From Nitrospinaceae bacterium (lineage in GTDB: Bacteria > Nitrospinota > Nitrospinia > Nitrospinales > JACRGP01): a DNA stretch of 64,000 nt. The first letter of the stretch is position 1; each line of letters starts with the position of its first letter. The notes under the pieces were generated by a model. That model was not told where the DNA came from, ran no database searches, and saw only the letters and a program-made list of their open reading frames with translations. Below are positions 49,884-57,503 of this stretch, piece by piece. The stretch covers positions 6,549 to 70,548 of the forward strand of contig JAJDBD010000049.1 in NCBI GenBank assembly GCA_029261575.1. The letters run 5' to 3'. Made by a program: the position numbers and the translations under genes.

Positions 49884-51182
49884 CTACGCTTCCAGTTCAC
49901 GAAATAATTCGGCTGTGGATCTTTGGTATATGGCGACTCCCGCAGCCAGGGTTCCCAAAACCGAGGCGGCAAGGCCTGGAACGATCCCATAAAGAAAACC
50001 CACCAGAGAAAGGCGTCCCCGCATTACGTCGCTGAACATCATTCCCGTTTGCACGAAAGCGTCTCCCATGTTCACCCCCACTTCCTGAAGGTAGTAGACG
50101 AAGCCGCCTCCTAGCAAAGAACCCGCCAGACAACCCAACGTTGCGATGGCCAGAGATTCGATCATCAGGCTCCTCAATAATTGCCCGTGCGTTTCGCCCA
50201 GAGCCAGCCGAAGTCCAATTTCTCCATAGCGGTGAATGCCGTTCAACAATCCCGCGTTCCACAGAACCAGCGACATGATGAAAGTAAATATGGCAACGAG
50301 GACCTTTCGCACCATTAAAAAGGTTTGGGAAATCTGACCCATATTTCTTTGATCCAACACCGACAATAAAATCGGAAAATCGTCTTCAACCCAATCGCCG
50401 GGCGGCGCCTGCCTCCATTTCGTCAGCTTCGCTTGCAGATCGTTCCGAATTTTATCGTAGTCGAAAATCGATATTCTTGACGGTAGAAAACCGAGCCAGT
50501 CGGTGACCATGTCTTCCATATAAAACGTAGTTTGCGCGTCCTCGATATCTATCAGGGCCATTTTTTTATCCATGGCAGCCACGCCAAACTTCACAAACCC
50601 CACCACTTGATAATTATCCGCGGCAAACCCGCCGTCGAAGGATTGTCCCAGCAGGGTTACCTTGCCGTCGATTTCCAATCCCAAAGATTCCGCCAGCAGG
50701 TAGCCCGCCAACATTTCATGGGATCGCCGGGGCAATCGGCCTTTAATCAGGGAGGATTCCAGGCCGAGGCGTTTTATTTCGGAACCGCTTTCAGACAAAA
50801 GATCCAAACCCATACCCGTGACCGGAGTTTGGCTTCGGGTTTCTCCCCGTTCATTGGGGACGTCCATAAGAGCCGCCCAACGGATTCGCGACGTCCATTG
50901 AATTTCAGGATCGGAATTTTGCGTCAGCCAGGTTTTGGTTTCTTTCTCCGAAGCCAATGCGCGGTCGAGAGGATTTAAATGCTCTTCCTCATAGAAAGGT
51001 TTATTGACCAGCCGTAGATGACCCGTGTCCAGCTTGGCGGTCATATCCACCATGCTCATAAAAATGCCTTCGATGAATCCGAGGAGAGTGATCATCAACA
51101 TCACCCCGACCGTCGTTACCAGCCACGGAAAGAGAAACCGGGTGCGGTCGCGCACGATCCCCATGATCAGCCAACGTATCAT
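49884..51182 (-). CDS. ABC transporter permease, FtsX/MacB-type
   Basis: TM1, a large periplasmic domain and a C-terminal FtsX 3-helix bundle. The ATG at 51182 gives an ATGA overlap with the upstream permease stop; the track start at 51281 lies inside that gene. Confidence 0.8.
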   Translation of the reverse strand: MIRWLIMGIVRDRTRFLFPWLVTTVGVMLMITLLGFIEGIFMSMVDMTAKLDTGHLRLVNKPFYEEEHLNPLDRALASEKETKTWLTQNSDPEIQWTSRIRWAALMDVPNERGETRSQTPVTGMGLDLLSESGSEIKRLGLESSLIKGRLPRRSHEMLAGYLLAESLGLEIDGKVTLLGQSFDGGFAADNYQVVGFVKFGVAAMDKKMALIDIEDAQTTFYMEDMVTDWLGFLPSRISIFDYDKIRNDLQAKLTKWRQAPPGDWVEDDFPILLSVLDQRNMGQISQTFLMVRKVLVAIFTFIMSLVLWNAGLLNGIHRYGEIGLRLALGETHGQLLRSLMIESLAIATLGCLAGSLLGGGFVYYLQEVGVNMGDAFVQTGMMFSDVMRGRLSLVGFLYGIVPGLAASVLGTLAAGVAIYQRSTAELFRELEA

Positions 51183-52348
51183 TGAATGGCTTTCCCGCGC
51201 AAAGCCAGGGCGGGATCGAGGCGGGATATTTTTCTGACGGGAAGCCAGGCGATAAAAACCATGATCCCCACTATAACGCACAGCGAGGCGGCGACTTCCC
51301 TGGGCCGGACGTCTAACCGGATGCTCTCGTAAACCGGAATGGTGGATTCCTTAAGGTGAGAGATATCCAACCCGGTCTGCTGAAACCACATAAACAGGGG
51401 AACGCCAATGACAAAAGCGGCAAGAACCGCTCCCAGAGAGGCCAGCCCTCCCTCCAGAACAAAAAGTTTTTCGATCCTGGCGGCGTTCATGCCCAGCGCC
51501 ATCAGGGTTCCGATCTCTTTTTGCCTTTTAAAAACGTTCAGTATCTGGGTGTTGAATACGCTGGTTCCCGCCAGAAACATCAGGATGCACCACAGAATGA
51601 AGGCGTTCCTTCGGTCGTGCTTTAGAAGGGTCAGCAAATCGGCCATGAGTTCATCCACGCTCCTGAATTCCATTTCCGCAACAGATCCCAGATGATCGCG
51701 CACGGCCACCCAACTGACCTCCCCCGGCCGGGACGTGATTTGCCTCAAATGGTCCAGCCGCATCCAGATGATCCCCTCGTCGATTCTGGGATTGAGAAAA
51801 TCGGCTACGTCGACCACCTCGGCGTCCAGCGCGTCGACGGCGCCAAACCCATCCCGCCACTTTAATATGACGGAGTCGCCCTTTTTAAGTTTCGCCTTGC
51901 GGGCCATTTTTAATCCGATCACAACGGGAATGACGTCGGAGACTTTTGACGGTTTTGATTTCAGGCCCTGCAAAGGCAGGGTCAAAAGTTCCTGGTCGAT
52001 TTCGACGCCGCGCAATTGAACGGGATAGAGCCTGTTGTTTGGGAAAATTTGCCCCTGAAGAACCAGAATCTCCGCCTTGTCCGATGGAGGCAGACGTTTC
52101 AAGGAAACGGGCGCGGGTTGAGTCGAGTCCTCCCACTGGGTGGGATCCAACAAGTCGAACCCAGGGACGACATAATGTCCGCCCGCCGCGTCGGTATTGA
52201 CCATATTGCGGGTTCCTTGCTTCTGAAATCCGTTGAGCAGGGATAAATTAAAAACCACTGCGATCATGGTGGTCGCAGTGATCAATACATTCAAAAAAGC
52301 GCGCAAACCTTGCCGGAGAAAATTTTTAAGGGCGACCTGAAAGATCAA
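51179..52348 (-). CDS. ABC transporter permease, FtsX/MacB-type
   Basis: 389 aa. N-terminus FQVALKNFLRQGLRAFLNVLITATTMIAVVF, a periplasmic core domain and a C-terminal FtsX bundle. TTG start. Confidence 0.8.
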   Translation of the reverse strand: MIFQVALKNFLRQGLRAFLNVLITATTMIAVVFNLSLLNGFQKQGTRNMVNTDAAGGHYVVPGFDLLDPTQWEDSTQPAPVSLKRLPPSDKAEILVLQGQIFPNNRLYPVQLRGVEIDQELLTLPLQGLKSKPSKVSDVIPVVIGLKMARKAKLKKGDSVILKWRDGFGAVDALDAEVVDVADFLNPRIDEGIIWMRLDHLRQITSRPGEVSWVAVRDHLGSVAEMEFRSVDELMADLLTLLKHDRRNAFILWCILMFLAGTSVFNTQILNVFKRQKEIGTLMALGMNAARIEKLFVLEGGLASLGAVLAAFVIGVPLFMWFQQTGLDISHLKESTIPVYESIRLDVRPREVAASLCVIVGIMVFIAWLPVRKISRLDPALALRGKAIQ

Positions 52349-52374
52349 AGGCGGGATCCAAATAAGAGTAAAGG

Positions 52375-52400
52375 CGGGCGGGGAATTGACTCCCCGCCCG
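52375..52400 (-). other. Strong GC hairpin between the CBS gene and the first FtsX permease gene
   Basis: A 10-bp perfect stem CGGGCGGGGA / TCCCCGCCCG with a 6-nt loop. The flanks are only moderately T-rich on either strand, so it may be an attenuator or a processing/stability element. Confidence 0.4.
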
Positions 52401-52423
52401 AAATTTTTAATTATCGATTTAGC

Positions 52424-52816
52424 TCACTCGGTGGTCCTAAAGGATTTCACGAAAAATGAAACCAAATCCCTGATCGACAACATGCCGACAATTTTATCTT
52501 CTTCCGTGACAGCCAAATGCCGAATTTTATTTTTCCGCATGAACTCGTTGGCTTCCTCGACCGGCAAATAACGATCCATGCTTTTAACCGGAGAGGTCAT
52601 CATTTCCGCCACCAACATCTCTTCGGGACTCTTCCCAACGGCGACGCATTTTCGAGTGATATCGGTTTCGGTGATGATGCCGATATAATCATCCAGGCTC
52701 TTCACCAGAAGAGACCCGACATTTTGGGCCTGCATGTATTGAGCGGCCTCCTGAACTGAAGACTCGGACTCAACAGACAAGGGGGGTGCGCTCATATAAT
52801 CGCCGACGTCGTCCAT
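52424..52816 (-). CDS. CBS-pair domain protein
   Basis: 130 aa with two CBS motifs (VGDYMSAPPLSV...VGSLLVKSLDDYIGIITETDI; VAEMMTSPVKSM...IRHLAVTEEDKIVGMLSIRDL). Confidence 0.8.
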   Translation of the reverse strand: MDDVGDYMSAPPLSVESESSVQEAAQYMQAQNVGSLLVKSLDDYIGIITETDITRKCVAVGKSPEEMLVAEMMTSPVKSMDRYLPVEEANEFMRKNKIRHLAVTEEDKIVGMLSIRDLVSFFVKSFRTTE

Positions 52817-52928
52817 TTTCCTTCTCCTTCAAATTGAAGTTAAAATCAATTTTCAACTCGGCTACATTATATATTTTGTAGAAGGCAAAGGAATCAAAAT
52901 TTGAACTGTGGCGATCATTTTACGAAAT

Positions 52929-53609
52929 TTATTTTTTTGCCCTGTCCCACACAATACTGCCGTCCTCCAGGCGAATCTCCCGTTTTATATAACGCGTGAC
53001 CTTTTCATCATGAGTTGAAAAAATAAAAGCGGCGTCGTATTTTTTATTGAGGTTCAGCATCAACTCAAGAATGTTGTAGGAGTTTTCGGCGTCCAGGTTG
53101 GCGGTCGGTTCGTCCGCCAATATCAATTTGGGCCGTTTGACCAAAGCCCGGGCGATAGCGGCCCTTTGACACTGCCCCCCGGAAAGCTCGTGCGGCTTTT
53201 TATGGGCCTCCGGTCCAAGCCCTACCTGATCGACCAGGGCCATGATCCTGTCGCGAACCTCCAACTCCTTTTCGCCGTTTAAAAGCAGGGGAAACAGGAC
53301 GTTTTCATAAACGGAGTGAACCGGCAGTAGATTGTGGGATTGGAAAACAAATCCAAAATACTTCCTGCGCAGGGCAGAAAGCTCATCGCGGGACCTATCG
53401 GAAAATTTGATTCCATCCAGAATGATTTCTCCAGACGTTGGCCGGTCCAAACCGCCGATGAGATTCAACAGCGTGGTCTTTCCCGATCCAGACGGTCCGA
53501 CAAAAGCCATGAACTCGCCCTCCTCGACATTTAGACTGACGTCCTGAAGAGCGCGGAATTCCTGCTCGCCGACCTGATAAATTTTCCCTACGCTTTTAAG
53601 TTCCAGCAT
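52929..53609 (-). CDS. ABC transporter ATP-binding protein (LolD/MacB-ATPase-like)
   Basis: 226 aa. Walker A GPSGSGKTTLLN, signature LSGGQCQRAAIARAL and Walker B LILADEPTANLD. Confidence 0.92.
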   Translation of the reverse strand: MLELKSVGKIYQVGEQEFRALQDVSLNVEEGEFMAFVGPSGSGKTTLLNLIGGLDRPTSGEIILDGIKFSDRSRDELSALRRKYFGFVFQSHNLLPVHSVYENVLFPLLLNGEKELEVRDRIMALVDQVGLGPEAHKKPHELSGGQCQRAAIARALVKRPKLILADEPTANLDAENSYNILELMLNLNKKYDAAFIFSTHDEKVTRYIKREIRLEDGSIVWDRAKK

Positions 53610-53630
53610 GGACCTGCAACGCCAAATGAT

Positions 53631-54752
53631 TTAAATATAATAAATCAGGGTAAGACCTATTGAGGATTCTGTGCCATTAAAAACCGGTCCCTTGCGGAAA
53701 AGGCGGCTTGGCGAGTCGCTCCCATTCACGTTCCCGCCCCAATGGCCGTTCAAATAGAGGTAGGTTTGCTTCCTCAGAAAATATTCGATTTGCGGGGCAA
53801 TTTGAAATCCGCCGTCGCGAAGATCGAAAAAACCAAACAGCCTCCAAACCAAGTCCACCCCGAAGGGTTGATCCATCATAACTCCGACCTGGTGAAGGGT
53901 TGTATCGTCAAGAGGGATTAAAGGATCAGGATTGTTTTTGGCCGATAAAAAATATTCAACCAAAACATGCAAACCTTCGCCCACGTTCAGAGTGTAATCG
54001 GCGCCCCAAACGGAATCAAAGCGCAGGTTATCTTCAAAGCTCTCAACGCCGAAGTCGAAGCGCGCTTCGTTCCAGTACCCAATCCCATACTCCCCTTTAA
54101 GGTGGTAGCCCAATTGGAAAAGCTCCCGGTCGAACTCCGGTAGAAACTCCAGGTCCGTCTCCGGGTGGTACTGAAAAACCAGGCCGGTTTCCACTCCGCT
54201 CACTTGCGACTCAATTCTTCCCCCGGCAACGACGCGGCTGTCCTTATCGGCGGAAACCAACCAACTGTCGATAAACGTATCGGGACTCAGAAAAACAGTC
54301 GTCCGGAGACCGTCCACTCCGCGCGTCAACGGAACCACGCCGGAAATATTACGGTTGTCGAAAAATCCCAGCGGTCGGAACAAAGCCCCGGCGCCAAAAA
54401 GAATGGCCTGCCGTCCGCCCCGGATTTTTACCGTTTCGTTTCCCGCCCTCAACCAGGCCCGGAAAAATTCAGATTCAAAGTCGTCGCTAAAACCCGCCTG
54501 CTCTCTGGGTCCTCCCGTGATGCGGTTGTCGCCTTTCAACTCATAATCCAGACTCCATTTGTCTTTACGAAAAACATTGCCCACCACTCCCAGGCGCAAT
54601 TCCAGGTCCCGGTCGACGGCGTCAAAACCGTCGGGAGACTCAAAAATATATTGCGCGCCGGCGCGCGCCCACCCTTCAAAAGAATAATCGAAAGCTCCGC
54701 ACGCTGGCGGAAGAGCCAATCCTACAAAAAAAATAAAAACCAGAACTTTCAT
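53631..54752 (-). CDS. Predicted outer-membrane beta-barrel protein
   Basis: The ATG at 54752 gives signal peptide MKVLVFIFFVGLALPPACGA. The sequence shows alternating amphipathic beta-strand patterning throughout and an aromatic C-terminus LTLIYYI. The track start TTG at 54854 overlaps the upstream gene. Confidence 0.5.
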   Translation of the reverse strand: MKVLVFIFFVGLALPPACGAFDYSFEGWARAGAQYIFESPDGFDAVDRDLELRLGVVGNVFRKDKWSLDYELKGDNRITGGPREQAGFSDDFESEFFRAWLRAGNETVKIRGGRQAILFGAGALFRPLGFFDNRNISGVVPLTRGVDGLRTTVFLSPDTFIDSWLVSADKDSRVVAGGRIESQVSGVETGLVFQYHPETDLEFLPEFDRELFQLGYHLKGEYGIGYWNEARFDFGVESFEDNLRFDSVWGADYTLNVGEGLHVLVEYFLSAKNNPDPLIPLDDTTLHQVGVMMDQPFGVDLVWRLFGFFDLRDGGFQIAPQIEYFLRKQTYLYLNGHWGGNVNGSDSPSRLFRKGPVFNGTESSIGLTLIYYI

Positions 54753-54850
54753 TTTATGGGGGGGGATTCCTGCGGCGTAGAAAATGAAAAAGGATTGCAT
54801 GCCGCTGGGGACAGGGAGCGACTTTAACCCGAGGTTTTCTAAATTCAGAC

Positions 54851-55693
54851 TCAAATATCTTTCCAGGTTTCCTCAATGATTTTCCAGTTCCCGCCCTCGT
54901 TTTTCCATATCAGGGTTTTTTCCCCAAGATCAAAAAACTGGTTGGAAGAATACTTTTGCATGAAAGTCATTTTTACCCGGTCGTCGCCCTTCAAAATTTT
55001 AATGTCTTCAAACTCCAAACTGATGTCGTTATTTTTCATCAACGCCTGGATTCTGGATTCTTTCCACTCTTCCAGGGTTTCTCCATCATGTTGAAAATCG
55101 TCAGAATAAAAATCCAGGTAGGCGTAAACGCTTTTCTCCTGCCAGGCTTTTTTCCAGGACAGGAAAAGGGAAACCACAGTATCCACCGATTCGTTGAGCG
55201 GACGAAATTTAAATTCATCGTCCGTCGCCGCTCCGTCTTGAGGGCGCTTGACGGCTTTAAGGTTTCGCGTCTCTCCCTGTTTTGGCGCTGGCGAGGGAGG
55301 GTTGGGTCGCCTAAAACTTGATTTGACGACCAGAGCGTGGATGTTTTCCTTTTTGAGCAACATGGATTCCATATTGCGGGCTTTTTGTTTGGAGGGGAAA
55401 GGTCCCATCATCACCTTAAACCAGTCGTTCCTCTTATGCGGCGTTTTAAGACGAAGGCGATATCCCTTTTCCTCAAGCTTGCTCATGAAGTTTTCCGCAT
55501 TGGATTTTTTTTTGAACGCGCTCAGTTGGACAAAATAGGCGGACTCCCGCAACGCTGGTTTTTCCTCCGCCTGGGCGACGGAAAAATTTTGACCGAAACC
55601 AAAGGCAACGGCCGCGAGCCAAATCAGCGCTTTCGTCGTCGGCCTCGTTTTTAAACCTGCCGACATAAAATGTTTAACCGCCAAATCATTCAA
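54851..55693 (-). CDS. SPOR domain protein with C-terminal NTF2/SnoaL-like domain
   Basis: Signal/anchor sequence, SPOR fold YFVQLSAFKKKSNAENFMSKLEEKGYRLRL...FKVMMGPFPSKQKARNME, and a C-terminal about 110-aa alpha+beta segment (SWKKAWQEKSVYAYLDFYSDDF...WKNEGGNWKII). The start is uncertain (TTG 55693 or ATG 55666). Confidence 0.6.
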   Translation of the reverse strand: MNDLAVKHFMSAGLKTRPTTKALIWLAAVAFGFGQNFSVAQAEEKPALRESAYFVQLSAFKKKSNAENFMSKLEEKGYRLRLKTPHKRNDWFKVMMGPFPSKQKARNMESMLLKKENIHALVVKSSFRRPNPPSPAPKQGETRNLKAVKRPQDGAATDDEFKFRPLNESVDTVVSLFLSWKKAWQEKSVYAYLDFYSDDFQHDGETLEEWKESRIQALMKNNDISLEFEDIKILKGDDRVKMTFMQKYSSNQFFDLGEKTLIWKNEGGNWKIIEETWKDI

Positions 55694-55715
55694 GATTGGA
55701 AACCTGGAGACGCTG

Positions 55716-56204
55716 TTAAAGCAATTTCGAAAGATAGGGTATCAGTTGATCGGAGCCTACCGATGGAACCCGCGCGCTAATGACCCCATCCTTATCGATG
55801 ATCACGACCGTAGGCATGTCGCGTTGAATGTAGGATTTATTTACCGACATGTCCGGATCGATATAATAGGGAAAATGGATCGGATTGGGAAATTTATCGA
55901 GATAATCCTGAACGGCCTTTTTAGAATCGCCGTTGGTATTTATCCCGACAATCGCCAGTTTATCTTCGCCGATGGCTTTGCGGACCTTGTCGAATTCCAT
56001 CGCTTGATTCATGCAAGGGACGCAGATGTGAAACATTCCCAACAAAACGACCTTTCCCTTCAGGGAAGAGAGCGTTAATTTTTTTCCATCCAGCGAAGTC
56101 ACGGTAAAATCCGGAGCAGGGACGCCCTTTTGGGGTGCCTCTGCTTGCCCGATGGCGGGGCACAACCAAAACGCCATCGCCAAAATTATAATTGTCTTTC
56201 GCAT
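55716..56204 (-). CDS. TlpA-like periplasmic thiol:disulfide oxidoreductase
   Basis: 162 aa with a signal peptide. Thioredoxin-fold layout APDFTVTSLDGKKLTLSSLKGKVVLL with redox motif C-V-P-C. Confidence 0.7.
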   Translation of the reverse strand: MRKTIIILAMAFWLCPAIGQAEAPQKGVPAPDFTVTSLDGKKLTLSSLKGKVVLLGMFHICVPCMNQAMEFDKVRKAIGEDKLAIVGINTNGDSKKAVQDYLDKFPNPIHFPYYIDPDMSVNKSYIQRDMPTVVIIDKDGVISARVPSVGSDQLIPYLSKLL

Positions 56205-56418
56205 ACGAACCTCTTTTGGGGAATAAAAGCCCGGTTAATAAGGTCTATTGTAAAACTTTTTTATCAGTTTAAAGGAGGACGGTTTAATTGGGAAGGCAAT
56301 TATTGAAAACAAAATATAACTTCCCATCGAATTGGTTTCTAAAAAAATCAAAAGACCGTCTCATAAAAATGCAAACAAGTTTTCGCCCGTTTTGGCGATT
56401 TAGACCAAGAGAGTCCGC

Positions 56419-56446
56419 TTGACTTAGCGATCCATTTATATAAAAT
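56419..56446 (+). promoter_or_regulatory. Sigma70-type promoter candidate for the cupredoxin/cytochrome operon
   Basis: TTGACT (56419-56424), a 16-nt spacer, then TAAAAT (56441-56446). It would give a roughly 190-nt leader before the ATG at 56640. Confidence 0.4.
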
Positions 56447-56639
56447 AAACACCAAGCAGAACGTTTTATGGGTGGTGGTTATGCGTTGTCAACGAGCGGC
56501 TTGTAATCCTCATCAATCCATCGAAAGGACTCTTGATTTCGCATAAATTTCCTTTAAAAAAACCGCGAGAAGTCGTCTTATCCAGCAACCCGCATATCAG
56601 GCGCCCGGGCAAGGGGCCAAATTTTGGGAGAATAAAGTA

Positions 56640-57503
56640 ATGAAAAATCTTACCGCTATATTTCTTATTCTGCCGACGGTTCTCTTAACCTTTTCGACGC
56701 CTGTTCTTAGTTACCAGGAAATCGACGTCATGAACGGCGGAACTCTAAAGGGTAAAACCCGTCTTGTTGGAGAGGTTCCAGGCCCTCGCGTCTACCATCT
56801 CGTATTATTCCCTAATATGGACATGTGCGCCGAGGTCAAGAAAGACGACGAGGTGTCCACCGACCTGGATAATATGAACCGTCTTTTAAACGATTTTGTT
56901 GTGAGTCCGAGCGGAGCGTTTAAAGACGTGGTGATCACGCTGGAGCATGTCGAGGCGGGCAAACCTTTTGACAATCGCCCCGTGGATTTTCTCGCGGAAA
57001 ACTGTACCTTCTACCCCTACGTCAATGTGGTGAGGCAGGGAGCGAAGTTCACCGTGGACAATCAGGACGCAGTCATGCACAACAGCCAGGTTTATCAAAG
57101 CGAACGCGGCAAAATCATACTCAACATCCCAATTCCCGCCGAAGACGTTTCCAGCGGAGAGATTAGATACCAAAAGGATTATCGCCTGATGCAGATGATT
57201 TGCGGCATGCACGAGTTCATGCAAACCTGGGGATACCGGATTCAAAATCCCTATTACTCCATCACCAAAAACGACGGCGTTTTCAAAATAGACAACATCC
57301 CCCCTGGGGAATATGTCGTCAACGCCTGGCATAATTTGATGAAATCCCAATCTAAAAAAGTCACCATTTCGGAAAACTCCGTCGTCGAAATAGATTTTGA
57401 ATTTAACGGCGACAAGGTGCTCCGCCCAAATTACGAAACCATCAAATCAGGAAGAATAAAAAAGGACGCCAAGCCGCATAAACGCAATCCAAATAAATTC
57501 TGA
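56640..57503 (+). CDS. Secreted cupredoxin-like protein with C-terminal Ig-like beta-sandwich domain
   Basis: Signal peptide. Cupredoxin pattern FYPYVNVVRQGAKFTVDNQDAVMH(147)N and C(188)-G-M-H(191)-E-F-M(194) (nt 57201-57221), then NPYYSITKNDGVFKIDNIPPGEYVVNAWH. 1-nt TGATG overlap with the next gene. Confidence 0.6.
   Translation: MKNLTAIFLILPTVLLTFSTPVLSYQEIDVMNGGTLKGKTRLVGEVPGPRVYHLVLFPNMDMCAEVKKDDEVSTDLDNMNRLLNDFVVSPSGAFKDVVITLEHVEAGKPFDNRPVDFLAENCTFYPYVNVVRQGAKFTVDNQDAVMHNSQVYQSERGKIILNIPIPAEDVSSGEIRYQKDYRLMQMICGMHEFMQTWGYRIQNPYYSITKNDGVFKIDNIPPGEYVVNAWHNLMKSQSKKVTISENSVVEIDFEFNGDKVLRPNYETIKSGRIKKDAKPHKRNPNKF

Noticed and set aside
51183-51281. 102-nt apparent overlap between the two FtsX permease ORFs, and similar long 5' extensions of the cysE, rarA, serB, HAD, OM-barrel and ybgF ORFs.
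   Set aside because: The extensions start at TTG/GTG codons, overlap upstream genes or terminators, and have better-supported internal ATG starts, often with ATGA coupling.
56468-56506. 12-codon upstream ORF (MGGGYALSTSGL) in the long leader of the cupredoxin operon, considered as a possible leader peptide.
   Set aside because: There is no Shine-Dalgarno sequence and no obvious attenuator pairing. It is mentioned under the leader finding only.
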